Below are positions 45,932 to 59,782 of a stretch of 64,000 bases of DNA, one piece after another. The stretch lies in the NCBI GenBank assembly GCA_030390025.1, contig CM059431.1, positions 142,230,001 through 142,294,000 on the forward strand, in the 5' to 3' direction. Numbering within the stretch: position 1 is the first letter of the stretch; each line of letters starts with the position of its first letter. The translations under genes and the position numbers were made by a program. The DNA comes from Squalus acanthias (Eukaryota). A model generated the notes under the pieces. It was not told where the DNA came from, ran no database searches, and saw only the letters and a list, made by a program, of their open reading frames with translations.

Positions 45932-48180
45932 ATAGAAACATAGACACATACAAGATAGGAGCAGGTGTAGACCATTTGGCCCCTCGAGCCTGCTCCACCA
46001 TTTAATGAGATCATGGCAGTTCATCCAAATTAATTACCCAGTCCCTGATTTCTCCACATATTCCTTGATCCCTTTAGCCTAAAGAAATGTATCTAACTCC
46101 ATCTTGAATATATTTAATGAATTGGCCTCAACTGCCTTCTGTGGTAGCGAATTCCACAGGTTCACCACTCCCTGGGTGAAGAAATTCCTCCTCATCTCAG
46201 TCCTAAATGGCTTACCCCTTATCCTTAGACTGTGACCCCTGTTTCTGGACTCCCCCGCCATCGGGAACATCCTTCCTGCATCTAGTCTGTCTAGTCCTGT
46301 TAGAATTTTATAAGTTTCAATGAGATCCCCTCTCATTCTTCTAAACTCTAGCGAATACAAGCCCCATCGTCCCAATCTCTCTTCATAAGTCATTCCTGCC
46401 ATCCCAGGTATCAGTCTGGTAAATCTTCGCTGCACTCCCTCCCTGGCAAGAGCATCCTTCCTCAGATAAGCCGACCAAAACTGCACACAATACTCAAGGT
46501 GTGGTCTCACCAAGACCCTGTACAACTGCAGCAAGACATCCTTGCTCCTGTACTCGAATCCTCTCGCTATGAAGGCCAACATACCATTCGCCTTCTTAAC
46601 CGCCTGCTGCACCTGCATGCTTACCTTCAACGACTGGTGCACAAGGACTCCCAGTTCTCCTTGCACTTCCCCTTTTCCCAATCTATTGCCGTTCAGATAA
46701 TAATCTGCCTTCCTGTTTTTGCCTTCAAAGTGGATAACTCGCATTTATCCGCATTATACTGCATCTGCCATGCATCTGCCCAATCACCCAACTTGTCCAA
46801 ATCAAACAGGAGTTTCTCTGCATCCTCCTCACAACACACACGCCCACCCAGCATTGTGTCGTCTGCAAACTTGGAGATATTACATCAAGTTCCCTCGTCT
46901 AGATCATTAATATATATTGTGAATAACTGTGGTCCAAGCACCAATCCCTGCGGTACCCCACTAGTCACTGCCTACCACACGGAAAATACCCGTTTATTCC
47001 AACTCTTTGCTTCCTGTCTGCCAACCAGTTCTCTATCCAAGTCAGTACCTTTGCCCCCAATCCCATGTGCTTTAACTTTGCACGCAAATCTCTTATGCAG
47101 GACCTTATCGAAAGCCTTCTGAAAGTCCAAATACACCACATCCACTCGTTTTCCCTTATCTAGTCCACCAGTTACATCCTCAAAAAATTCCAGTAGATTA
47201 GTCAAGCCTGATTTACGTTTTGTAAATCCATGTTGACTTTGTCCGATCTTGTCACTGTTTTCCAAGTGCTCTGCTATTACATTTTTTATAATGGACTCTA
47301 GCATTTTACCCACTACCGATGTCAGGCTTACCGGTCTATAATTTCCCGTTTTTTCTCTCCCACCTTTTTTAAACAGTGGTGTTACATTAGCTAATCTCCA
47401 ATCCTTTGGAACTTTTCCAGAGATTATAGAATTTTGGAAGATGACCAGCAATGCATCAAGTATTTCTAGGGCCACTTCCTTAAGTACCCTCGGATGTAGA
47501 TTATCAGGCCCTGGTGATTTATCGGCCTTCAATCCCATCAATTTCCCTAACACCATTTCACTACAAATACTGATTTAATTCAGTTCTTCCCTCTCATGAG
47601 ACCCTATGTTCCCCGACATCTCTGGGAGGTTATTTGTGTCCTCCTTTGTGAAGACAGAACCAAAGTATGTATTTAATTGGTCTGCCATTTCTTTGTACCC
47701 CATTATAAATTCCCCTGATACTGACTGCAAGGGACCTACGCTTGACTTCACCAATCTTTTTCTTTTCACATATCTATTGAAGCTTTTACAGTCAGTTTTT
47801 ATTTTCCCAGCAAGCTTACTCTCAGACACTATTTTCCCCCTCTTAATTAATCCCTTTGGCATCCTTTGCTGAATTCTAAACTGCTCCCAATCCTCAGGTT
47901 TGCTGCATTTTCTGGCCAATTTATATGTCCTCTCCTTGGATCTTATGCTATCCCTAATTTCCCTTGTTTGCCACGGTTGAGTCACCGTTTTTGTTTTATT
48001 CTTATGCCAAACAGGGATGAACAAATTCTGTAGTTCATCCATGCGATCATTAAATGTTTGCCATTGCCTATCCACCGTCAACCCTTTAAGTAACGCTCCC
48101 CAATCCATCCTAGCAAAGCCGCGCCTCATACCATCATAGTTTCCTTTATTTAAATTCAGGACCCTAGTCTCTGAGCCAAC
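45932..48180 (-). mobile_element. CR1 LINE, 5'-truncated, relatively well-preserved ORF2
   Basis: KSPGPD.LHPRVLKE, NYRPVSLTS, LDFQKAFDKV, LVRPHLEYCVQFW, YSLEFRRMRGDLIE; long ORF pieces; lies in a GTPase intron. Confidence 0.96.
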
Positions 48181-48743
48181 TACTAAGAACAGTTCACAAT
48201 AATCTTTGTCAACTACCCCATTAACTTGAAATCTTGGATAAGATCATCTTGAAGTATAGTAGCTGCTGAAGAAAATAAGTCCAATTTTCCTATCTATATT
48301 TTCATGATATAATAACAACAGCTTATATTTATATTGTGCTTATAATGTAGTAAAACGTCCCAAGGCGCATCAAACATAATTTGACACCGAGCCACATAAG
48401 TAGATAATAGGGCCGATGAAAAGAGGTAGTTTTTAACGAGCATCTTGAAGGAGGAAAGAGCAGTAAAGAGGTGGCGAGGCTTAGAGAGGGAATTCCAAAC
48501 CTCAGAGCCTCGACAGTTGAAGGCAGGGCCGCCAATCGTGGAACGATTAAAATTGGAGATGTGCAAGAAGCCAGAATTAGAGGAGCGCAGAAAGGAATAT
48601 CGAGCCCAGTCTCCTTGTCCCGATGCCCTCTTCAGTTATAATACTTTTTTCTGTTACCATTTCTGTCAATGTTGTTAATTCCCAGCCTTGTTTGCCCAGT
48701 CTTACTGCACCTGTCCTGAACACAACTCACACTAAAGCCTCAC

Positions 48744-48889
48744 CTGCTCTCCTCGAGCTGGCACCTGGTGATGCGGATGATCAGCTCGCAGTCCTTCTCC
48801 AGTTGGTTCAGCGTCTTCTGAACTCTCCGGCTTACCGTCTTTTCTATTGTCGTTCACACCTCTTGGATCTGATTGACGCAACGTGTTGG
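48744..48889 (-). CDS. GTPase exon (PTRCVNQIQEV*TTIEKTVSRRVQKTLNQLEKDC...), with an in-frame TGA
   Basis: ggcag acceptor and AG|gtgagg donor; helical, coiled-coil-like sequence. Confidence 0.8.
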
Positions 48890-51535
48890 CTGCCAGTCCA
48901 AAAGACACAAACAGACATAGGAACTACCAACTGATAAATTAGAGGCATCTCATTCCGAAGGACACATTGTGCATTCTCTTATCCACATCGATGAATAACT
49001 GATCATTCTGCGACCTCTCTACCTCCAGGCTGTATTTAACTGAGAATTCGGGGCGCTGTTTCCGACACTAACACAATGGGGTTCATTGTAACTGTGTCCA
49101 ATAGTGGGAAACTGGCGATATGGATCGATATCGGTTAACTGCAACGGGAAAGTAAATCGGGCGATTTTTATAGGAAGGTCGATCCGCTACCGTCCGTTTA
49201 ACTCTATCACTAACAGATAAAATTACCCTTAAGGACCCCAGAATCCAGAAGTTCCTTGCCCACATGATTAATCGTTTCGTGATAGAAAACACAGGCTTTT
49301 GAAACCCAAACCTGACGATGATTGACGATTATAATTCTGCTCTACTGCTCTTTTCAACATTCATCTGCTCCTTGTGCCTTTTACCAGGATTGTCAATAAA
49401 GGGAGTGATGTTAGGTATTAGAATACACAAACGAGCACAGGACAAAGTCTGATAATTGTCCTCTGATCCCTATACTCATCCCAAGCAGTCACGTTGTAGC
49501 CCATTAAGAATATCAACCTCCCACCAGCCGCCCCAAACCCCACCATCCGCCTTCCAGTCATACGGTCTTTTGCGAGAGGTAAACACAGAGAAAAGAACAG
49601 TTGTAAATTGAGGAAAAACTCGGGGCTATTGTTTTCGACCCTCTAAGGTAATCGAGCAAAGCTACAGGAGAGTACAAGAAACATGAGTCCTCCAGCTAGC
49701 CCGTGACTTACCAATAACAGAGCTGTACCGCTAATTCGGTAACTCATGTTGCTCCGATTGGACTGTGATGAATTTACATTCACTGAGTCAATAATCAGCT
49801 CCAGAGTTTGAGGACTCTGGGCCCGAATGTCTAACCTAACACTTTGTCGCCGTGGTTTATATTCACTGTCCGTAGTTCTCCCAGGGATCGAGTAACTCAT
49901 ACAACTGAGCAGAATTTAATCTCCTCAACGATTTACAGCACTCAATGATATCTTCACCGATCGAACATTTCTCTTCTGAAAATCAGCTCAATTTATGAAG
50001 CCTATCTCAATAATAAAGTGCCCTTAGAATGGGTATCGCTTTGATCGCTCTCCTCCTGCACCCTCATTATCTATGCCTACCAAAATGATCTGCAATATCC
50101 CAAGCAGAACCATGCCAAAGCCTCATTAGAGTGTTTTTAGTTTATATTGAACTATTGCAGCAATACAACCTAAATCAATATTTACCTCCCCAATGTCCTT
50201 GTAACACTGCTTGTGGATCGTCAGTGATTTATTGGTTATGACACCACGTTTCCTCCCTGCCTGTCAGCCATTAACCGGTCCCGCTACATTGTCTACACAT
50301 TCCTGGAGTTTTTCATGTAAAAATGCTCCAGCCTACACTGATACACATTGAAGGATATCTGCGGCACTGGGACCATTCCCTAAATCGGCCTTTCTTCGAC
50401 CCACTACTAACAGCTGCACTCCCGACAAAATGCAGCTGCTGTGTGTACGGTCCACAGGATGTACTGCAGCAACTCTCCGAGGTTTCATCGACAACACTTT
50501 CCGCCTCTGCGAACTCGCCCGCAAATTAAAACAAGAGCAGCAGAGTAATGGGAACACCAAAATCCCCAATTTACCCTCCAAGCTACACTTCACCCTCACA
50601 GGGACATATACCGCCATTTATTCACCGGATTGGGTCAATATCGAGAATATCCTCTCCTGACGCCACCCTGGGAGCACCAGCATCAAAAGGCCTTCAGTGA
50701 TTCAAAGAGAATGCCCGACATCGCCTCAAGGCATCTTGGGGGAGCGGGGGCAATAAAAGCTATTTATCCAGAACCACCCGTATGTTGAGAACAACTAAAG
50801 GGAAACTTATTCCAATTGATAGCTCCAACGCACAATTATTTTGATAGGGAGGCTTGTTAACATTGCATCATCTCATTCAAATCACTTATGAAGTTGGTTA
50901 ACAGCAGTCAGCCAACACGGAGCACCGCATGACTGAAATTGTTATCTAGCTTCAGGTGGATTTACCCCATTGATGAAGGCCGTCTGTCTGCCTTTTTCTT
51001 ATTCGTTCCTGGGATGTGGGCGTTGCTGGCAAGGCCGGCACTTATTGCCCAACCCTAATTGCCCTTGAGAAGGTGGTGGTGAGCCGCCTTCTTGAACCGC
51101 TACAGTATTATTGTTTCTCGTTGCGATTTGCTAAGGCAGTTAAGAGTCAACCACATTGCTGTGGGTCTGGAGTCACATTTTGGCCAGACCAGGTAAGGGT
51201 GGCACTTTTCCTTCCCTAAAGGACATTAGTGAACCAGATGGGTTTTTACGACAATCCGATAGTTTCAGTGGTTACCATTACTGCTACTAGATTTTTATTC
51301 CAGATTTATTTAATTAGCTGAATTTAAATTCCCCAGCTGCTGTGGTGGGATTCTGAACTGGCGTCTCTGGATCATTAGTCCAGGCCTCTTGGAATTCTAG
51401 TCCAGTAACATAACAACTATGCTACCTGTTCCTCATCCAACATGCACATTGGAAGCCGCGCGTGCAGCGTCTACAGAGCGTTGTTTCAGTGAGGTCTGTA
51501 CATTCCTGATTAACTTTGAGGAAACACGGCCCTAC

Positions 51536-51634
51536 CTTGTTGGGATCTGGGATGTAGATGGTCGGCATATCAAAGCCACATTTGCTCAGCCCGGGTCTCT
51601 TGCACAGCTCTTGCACTATCTGCATCATCACTCT
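51536..51634 (-). CDS. GTPase exon (RVMMQIVQELCKRPGLSKCGFDMPTIYIPDPNK)
   Basis: tctcag acceptor, AAG|gtagg donor, 99 nt in phase 0-0. Confidence 0.85.
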
Positions 51635-51734
51635 CTGAGAAATGACACAAATATATGCCACTGTAAATCTCAGTTATGTCCGGACTTCAGCAAACAACAT
51701 CCCATCAGAAATAAATCAATCCTTCTGTTATAGA

Positions 51735-52115
51735 GCTTTTCAAATCCTCAGAATGTCCCGAAGCATTTCACAATTAATCAACTGCAGAATACAGTCACTG
51801 TTATTGTCAGGGAAACGCAGCAGCAAAGCAATATCCTGCAAATGGTATTGAGATAATTGATCGGTTAAGTTATTTTAGTGGCGTTGATTAAGGAATGAAT
51901 ATTCACCAATATTACTACCTTCTTCAAATAGTGCCAGAGTATTTTTGACGTTCACCTGAACAGGCAGACGAGGCTTCAGTTTAACTTCTGGTCCAAAAGA
52001 TGATCCCTCCCACATGGCCGTACTGGCCCAGCATTGCACTGGGCGTCAGCCTACATTATGGACATAACTTCCAGAATGAGCATGAAACGGTGATCTTCTG
52101 ATTCCGAGGCGAGTG
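51735..52115 (-). mobile_element. Deu-domain SINE, antisense copy
   Basis: gttcacctgaacaggcagacgaggcttcagtttaac...gcattgcactgggcgtcagccta is the reverse complement of the 6060-6480 core. Confidence 0.65.
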
Positions 52116-54137
52116 TTTAGGAATAAATGAGAGCCGCCTGTGCAATATGTGAGATATTGGTCAAAGCCAATCAGTGCCCTGCCCCGCTATCGACCTCAAA
52201 ATGCTACTACAGATCAGTAAAATTGGTATTTTATGTAAAGTCAATGATTACAAAGACTATACTTAAACCGTGAAACAAAGCAGGCAATTCTGGAGACGGA
52301 AAGCAGCTACAAAAATACATGAATTAGGAAACACAGTTTGCTGATTCAGATCCATTATTTCCATAGAGGCATTGAACCCAAAATAATCTTTTTGTTTCCT
52401 ATTTCACTCCCTCTTCGGAATCATTACTTAAGCTGCTATATTTTGCTGAGAATGGGGGGGATTATTGGACGATATAACCGCTGATAAAGGAGTAGAAGAA
52501 GCAAAATCTGAGTTAAAAGCTTTCATGCATTACATTCTGCCCCCAGGTTTCATATCTCTGAGTGTCTTTACGGGATCACTTTGTAAGTTTGCTCTCGCAG
52601 TGTAGCTGCATTTGTTGCTCCTCCTTGGTTGCGATGGGGGCATTAAGATTTAGCACGTCGGAGTATATTTTGAATGTGTGTGATAGCGTAAAACGGATGA
52701 TTTTTCACTTCCATTGATTTCAATGAAACTAAAAATCGGGGGAGATCGACAACATTCGGACGACGCAATATTACACATGTTACTGTATCGTACAAAGTCG
52801 AAATCTACCCGGAACTGGAGTTTTGTGTAATCCAAACCAGGTAGATGTGGGAGGCTTCTTTCCCTGAAGGACATTATGGCACCAGTAGAGTTTACAGAAC
52901 AATCTTGAGTTTGAGATAAATGACCAGTTAATCTGTCCTTTGGTGTCTTTAGTTAAAGTTTGAAGGTTAGCCGAAACTACAAGATTAATCAAATCCTGAG
53001 AGGGGATCCATTACCTCCTGCTGAACTTCAGTAGCATTCACCATAATTTATTTTGGTCCCAGTCCAGAAATTTTATATTTTATTGAATTCAATGGCACAT
53101 CTTGCTGTGGTTGGTGTTTAAATCCCGACACTTGGATTGCTAGTCCTAGACTACCAGACCCCCAATCTGTCTCATAGAGTCCAGCCTGGTATCTGTTTTG
53201 TGCGACCTCCATTGCGCTCCAACCATTCATTTTAATGCGTTGCTAATCTGATCCCAGAGCTCTGCTACTATACTTTGTGTTCATAGCACTCCGCAAATGC
53301 TGCCCGTGCCGTCAATTTTGTCCCAGCGCACAGTGAGGATGGTGTACAGTTAGCGATATGGGATGAAAAGTATCTCAAAACCTTATACCTTGAATATTAG
53401 GAACTGGAAACTTGCTCTGTTATGATGCAAACCATTCCAACGCTGGTTTCCAATCACGTTGTCAGATATTGCTGCAGACAGCTATTGGCAAATGTTAATC
53501 GTTTTATTATCTACGACCTATTCAAAACCATTTGCCTGCGTGTACTTCCTGTCTACAAAACCTAACTTCCTGTTATCACATTTCCTAATCAATCTTTCTC
53601 CTTTTATAAATTCCTTTGTTCAAGTTAATACTGGAAACTCCATAGCCACCTGTAACCCTGCTCCGCCAGTGGTGGCGCTGTAGCGTCTCAGGTTTACGTC
53701 TCCCGCTCCTGAGCATCTCCGGCAGAAAAAAGTGCAAGAAGCGTCAACAAAATCAACTTCCCAAATTGCAGTAAGATTTTCTAATTAATTATAAGTAACA
53801 ATATCAAATCAAGGATTTATATCAAAATATGAACAATATATATGACTTTAAAATGGGGAACCAATCGGCTCTACGCACCCTTATGCAATGAATGAGTTGG
53901 GTGGGACATTTTTACAGTACAATTCACTCATTCAAAAGGAACACCTTAGTTTATGTGTGGGAGGACAGATTCGGGGTGATGTTTATACAGTCTCGTTGTA
54001 TGCATCGATTCCACATCGCATCTGCCTTTTATTGATTGGTGGAAAATTTTCACTGGGCACCGTGATCAAATCACGGAATTCTGAAATCCATCCACTAAGG
54101 GGACTCTCAGTTGCAATAAAGTGAACTCTCTCTGTAC

Positions 54138-54298
54138 CTGTCTGTAACTCTCAAGACCAGCTTCATCGGCTTTGCTCAGGTAGAACTTCAGTTTATCGCC
54201 TTGTTTTTCGTTCAACTTGTCCACCACGTTCAGTGTCCGTTTACACAGGGCCTAGCCCATCGGGTCAAAGAAGACAAAGATCAGATCGGCCTGTTCAC
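54138..54298 (-). CDS. GTPase exon (ADLIFVFFDPMG*ALCKRTL...YLSKADEAG), with an in-frame TAG
   Basis: ctgcag acceptor and CAG|gtacag donor; DLI..FFD and KAD motifs as in EHD-like G domains. Confidence 0.85.
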
Positions 54299-55092
54299 CT
54301 GCAGGCAGAAAACGAGTGATCAATTCGGTAACTTACACGGTGTTAGGAGTGTCTCAATAATGCCCAATAAATGACCACAATGGATGGGTGAGTGCTCTGA
54401 AAGGGGTGGGGCTGAAGCCTATGACGGTACAAACTTGTTCATAAGCTCTGCTGCTTCAACTACTCTCAGCCGGGGTGCACTGGACGCTGCAACTTTACTG
54501 AGTGGGCCCTGGGTCAGGGAGGGGCCAATCAGCGACTGACTCCCATAGTTCATCCCTGGCTATTGACACCTTGCGCGTGCGGGTAAGGTGAGGGGATCGA
54601 ATGGGCTCCATTGTATCAGACTGCAGCAAAGAAACGCCAGCCCACGCAACAGTGTCTTGGCTCAAATATGGAGAGTCTCTAATCACACCAGGTACCAGAT
54701 AGCGCTCGTTTTTCGCCACCGCCCGAGCCGAATTTCTAGGCCTAATTTAAAATCCTTCATCCTCGCCTACAGTTTGCTCTGCAGCGTTTACCTCACACCT
54801 GTTAACAAATTCCTTATCACTCACTCAAACTCTCTCATTAAACTTCTCACTTGGAGATCCACCTTTAAACAGCTTATTTCATCTAATATTTAAATAAATA
54901 TCTTTATTCGGTTTCTGAACACTATAACTGTTATGCATTGTCTTTTCCTTTATCACTTGATTTATTTTTCTCTAACCTCGACGAAGCACAATTCGACATT
55001 TTCTGTCTAAAGCCGCTGTACAAATGGAACCTTCTGTCATTCTGGTGAATACTGTTTCTGAACAAAGTTCTACCTGTTTCCCATTAAATATT

Positions 55093-55827
55093 GGCCCGTA
55101 TTTTCCGATCGCAGGCCTCCCGCGGGCGGCGGCCTGTGATCTGAAACAAATCTACGTCCTTACCTGAGGGCTCCCGGGACGCACACGCTTCCGCTCCTGA
55201 GCCTCTCCAAACTCCAAGTGCGCAGGGTCCAGCTATCCCAGAGGGGTATGCAGTTCGCTGCGTCCCTGGGATCAGGTGGGCCGTGGGGAGCCAATCACAG
55301 AAGGGAATCTCCCTTCATACACTTGACAGGAAGACCTGTCAAATATATGAATGGAGATCACCCCAAAAACATAGTAAAACTTTAAATAATTTAAATTCAC
55401 ATTTTAAAAATGACTTGAAATTACAAATTTAAAAAAAAATACTTTTTTTTGAAAAAAGTAATTATATTTTTTTTACGGGGCTAAACATAAACTTACCTTT
55501 TTAAGTGTTTTTAATGATAACTCAGTGAAAAAAATGTTTTAAACATTGTTCAACTCTTATCCTGGTAAAATCAAGCCTTACGCCTTCTTTTACCAGGGTA
55601 AGAATTGTAAGGGTTTTCTGCGGGCAGAGGGTCTCCAAAAAGAGGAACTATCCGCCGCAGTGTCCCTTCTCCAGGGCAGCCGGAAGATCTGTCAAGACCA
55701 TTCTTGACAGCTCGGAAATGCCGGTTTTCAGCGCATGCGCTGTGCATGCCTGAAACCGGCATTTCCAATGTCCCTACGGGTGGGTACACAGCGCGTACAC
55801 ACTCGTAGGGATCGGAATATCTGTGCC
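55093..55827. mobile_element. Non-autonomous DNA transposon with imperfect terminal inverted repeats and a 3-bp direct repeat (ATT); PIF/Harbinger-like
   Basis: Left GGCCCGTATTTTCCGATC, right GATCGGAATATCTGTGCC; ATT at 55090-55092 and 55828-55830. Confidence 0.6.
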
Positions 55828-56514
55828 ATTAGCTCTTTACGGAAAAAGCTGGGCGTTGGTTCATTTGTGAACGCAGATACAACGAAATAACTTAGAACAT
55901 CCCTTCTTCATTGGTGCCCAGGCTCCCAGGTATCATTCGGGGCTCTCCATGTTTCCTTTCTCACCCGATTTATCGCATACATGAAGTAAGTTACGGCAGT
56001 GTAGTGGTTAAGTTAATGGAATAGAAATCGAGCAAAAACGTGCATTCAAATCCTACCACAGAAAGAATTTGATTCCTTTTTTTAAACAATCTGGAAAGAA
56101 AAATGTGGTATTCGTAAACGTGAGTATAAGGCTGGCGGATTGTCATAACCAACTAACTGGTTTATTAAAGTCGTTTAGGGAAGTCAAACTGTCATCCTTA
56201 CCCGGTCTGGCATATACGTGACTTCAGTCCCTCAGCAGTATGTTTGACAACTTGCCTCTGAACTAAACTAGGGGCGGCTTAGTTATATCACAGAAAATAT
56301 ACCACCAATTCAAGAAGAAATTCCCCCACCACATTTTCAGGACAGCTAAGGATGGGCGATAAATGCCAAGGTTGCCAGTAACGCTGACATCCCGAGAATG
56401 AATATAAAACCATATTATAGAAATCTGTCAGATTTTAATATTGATGTGTGTTGACAGCAATTTCCAAATGAACGAGCGCTGGTGTGAATCTCACGGTGCG
56501 GGTTGATCTCTTAC

Positions 56515-56655
56515 CCAGCCAGATAAGCGCTTTGTCAACATCAAACTCATAGGTCATGACTCCATCCACAAGCCCTGGGGTATCGATAAATGTCATCAGG
56601 TTAAACTTCTTCTGCTTGGAGGTGCTGATCTCGGTGGCCAGGTAGTCTGGCACTC
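56515..56655 (-). CDS. GTPase exon with G3 (TFIDTPGLVDG)
   Basis: cccacag acceptor and G|gtaag donor. Confidence 0.9.
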
Positions 56656-57214
56656 CTGTGGGAGCACAGAACGAGCAGTGAGCAGGATCAGAAGTTATTC
56701 CAGAATTCCAGGTTCAGCAGCAGGATAGGACTTTCCATTTCAAGGCTGTGTCTTTGTAATTCGCGAAAGGCTTTCTTTATTCAGCAACCTCCCTTGATAG
56801 TAAATTAATTTAAATTCCAAAATAGATTTAATGATAATATCCCGCAATGGAATTTATGAGACAGCTATATCATAAATATATTTTTTTAAAGTCTTATGTC
56901 TGTGTACAATTCCTGTCTGCAACTTTTTCCCAAAGTCATATTTATGTCACACATTTCCATCAACATTTTCCACGTTATAAATTCTTGTATCCATTTTATA
57001 ATAGAAACTGAATGGAAACATTATGCTGTAATTCCACCCTCCTGTCAGTGGCAGAGCTGTGGTACCTCAGTTTTGTATCTTTCAGCTAATCAACCTTTAT
57101 GCACAAAGAACGTATACTTCCCCGACCTCTACTTCTCTGCTTCGCAACTTGTTCTATGTTTGATTCTATGCGTTAGTATTCCACTTGTTTATTCCCCATT
57201 TATTTCATATCCCC

Positions 57215-57660
57215 CTCATCTAAAACTCTGCTCCTCGTATCTTAACTCGCACCAAGTCCCGTTCACCCATCAACCCTGTTCTTTCTGACCGACTTTGCCA
57301 CCCTGTCTGCAAATGCCTCGATTTTAAAATTAACATCCATGTGTTCAATAAATCCTCATGGTCTCTTCCCTCATTATCTCTGTAACCTACTCCAGCCGTA
57401 CAATCCTCCCAAGATCTCTGAGCTCCATCAATTCTGGCCGCTTTCGCATCTCCGCTTTTCAATGCTCCACTATTGGCGGCCGTGCTTCAGCTGCCTGGGC
57501 CCGAAGCTCTGCAATTCCCTCTGTAAACATCTCCGCCTCTCTACCTCTATCTCCTCCTTTAATCGCTCCTTAAAACCTATCGCTTTGATAAAGCTTTTGG
57601 TCATCTGTCCGAATATCCTAAATGTTGTCTCGATATCAAATTGTGCCTGAACACGCTCCT
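57215..57660 (+). mobile_element. L2-type LINE 3' fragment
   Basis: Same 3' region as the 5230-5750 and 28230-28790 copies. Confidence 0.78.
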
Positions 57661-57699
57661 GTTTAGTCCCCGATGCTCCTCTATATTGCCCATTTAGAT

Positions 57700-58035
57700 T
57701 CTATTACACCTGTTATTTCCCAGTTAATCTCCATTCCGCCGTTTATGACACATTTTATTTCTATCCCGCTGTATATGCCCCACTGAGTTTACATTCTCCG
57801 TGAGTATTCCCCGTGCATTTTTCAATTTAGTGTCTATTCTCTTGTTTATTTCAATTTAGTTTCTATTCCCTTGTTATTTCCCATTTAGTTTCTATTACCC
57901 TGATTATTCTCCATGTAGTTCCTATTCTACAGTTTATTTCCCATTTAGTTTATATCCCCTTGTTCATTCACCACTTAGTTTCTAATACTCAGTTTGTTCC
58001 CCATTTATTGTCTATACCGTCTGTTCATCTCCCAT
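57700..58035 (+). repeat. Degenerate ~30-bp tandem repeat (TTCCCATTTAGTTTCTATTCCCTTGTTTAT-like)
   Basis: Directly visible. Confidence 0.7.
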
Positions 58036-59145
58036 TCAGCACTCCCTCATTACTGCACTGAAATATTAGGCAACCTATGTGCTCGAGAGCTGGAGTCCTT
58101 TAACCCACTGTCTTCTGACTCAGAGGTGATGATGCTGCCACGGAGCTTCGGCTGACACGATACACACTTTCAATCAAACCCAGCTCTTTGATGCGTGCTC
58201 CCAGCATTTTCTGCCATTTTATTACTTCCCACATAAAACGTACTGTAATAAAGTGTAAATCATTTCATATACATTGGAAATAGATGCATCAAGACAATAA
58301 GCACACCGCATCACGGAATTTTACAGTGCAGCAGGAGGCCATTCGGCTCATTGTGGCTGCGCTTGCTCTCTGCAAGAGCAAACCCCTTAGTTCCATTTCC
58401 CCACCCTTTCCATATTCCCATGTTTTTCTTTGCGAAATATTTATTCCCTTCCCTTTTAAAAACTATGCTGAATCTGTATACCCAACTATTTCTGATAGAT
58501 CACTCCATATCCGGACAACCACCTGCTTAAAACATCACCTAACCTCTCCCCTCTTTTGGTTATAACCGAAAGTTTATAAGTTATGGATTGACACAACAGT
58601 GGGAATAGTGCTTCTCCAATCTCCTTGTAACAATCCCTCAGAATTCTCAACCGCTCTTTATTCTAATGGAGAAAAAGTTCTATCAATCCATCCATATCTC
58701 TCTATCTATCTCCGTCATTCTCTTTCTCTCTTCTCTTTGTCTCTCTCTCTCATCCTCTCACTGTCGCTCAATCTCTGATGCTTCCTCTCTTGTCTAGTTC
58801 TCGCTTGCAAAAGACCAACCATAAAACTTTCTCCGGTAAGCACAGTTCACGTGTCCATCAACCTACAACTTCAAGCACGTGTCACTCACACAAAATGTCT
58901 ATCATCTTCCTAGCTTGCATTCGATACTTCACCTCCAATAGAGCACGTGCTCACTGTCCAAGGCTACATTGCTTAAACCTGCGAGTCCTAATTTCAATAT
59001 TTAGGAACCGTCGATTAATCTGTCGGAAATCCTGCCTGTGAAGGGCTCACAGTTCAATAGTGGAAATTTTACTGGATTGAGGGGAGAGAGAAAGTGAGCG
59101 TTCCCCCTTTGTTTACTGTAATACTGACAGTCGCTGTGAATTTAC

Positions 59146-59200
59146 CTTCGATCTGTTCCAGAGCTTGGAATTGCGGGTATAGATGGAGTGTAGCCTTGCC
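59146..59200 (-). CDS. GTPase exon (GKATLHLYPQFQALEQIE)
   Basis: ttcatag acceptor, G|gtaaat donor, phases fit both neighbours. Confidence 0.82.
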
Positions 59201-59688
59201 CTATGAAAATAAAAACAAACATTCGAGGAAATAAATGCTCAGTCCTCGTAACTTGTTTAAAATGTTCTTTTTGGAGCAGCTTTTAGTTCAATATTTCCCT
59301 GTGTAGTTCCAGGACATACAAGTAACTCCCCCATCTCTCTCACTGGTCCGTGCTGCGTTTCCTCATCTCAACCGGTGATCACAGTACAATAACCACAACC
59401 CTTTGGGCTAGAAAGGTAGAAGCTGCCCATGGTTCCTATCCATGCAGCTAAGCTGTCAAATCCATGCGTGGACGGAGGATGGGGGACAATAACCGTGTTT
59501 ACACACCCTATTAATGGGATTTCCAGGGCTTCGGGTCGGGTAGGAGGGAGATCAGATCCCTCACACTTAGGCTCAGAAGACGATATCGTCTAATTTAGTG
59601 TTTCGTGTTTATTGAAGTTCCTTCGCAGACAGTCAATCAGAGACACCGAATGAGCCAGGGCTCGGTGATGATTCATGAGATTACTCAC

Positions 59689-59782
59689 TGAGAGTGATTC
59701 CCTTTTCTTGCCACTGGTGACGAAGTTAAATCCTTGTGTTTCTGTTGCAACTCCCGTTTTCTGAATATGTGCTTCAACATAC
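59689..59782 (-). CDS. GTPase exon (YVEAHIQKTGVATETQGFNFVTSGKKRESLS)
   Basis: ttgtag acceptor completes the Trp codon; gtgagt donor. Confidence 0.88.

Noticed and set aside
48854..48856. TGA at a probable Cys position as selenocysteine
   Set aside because: An upstream in-frame TAG already truncates the frame, and no SECIS element was recognised
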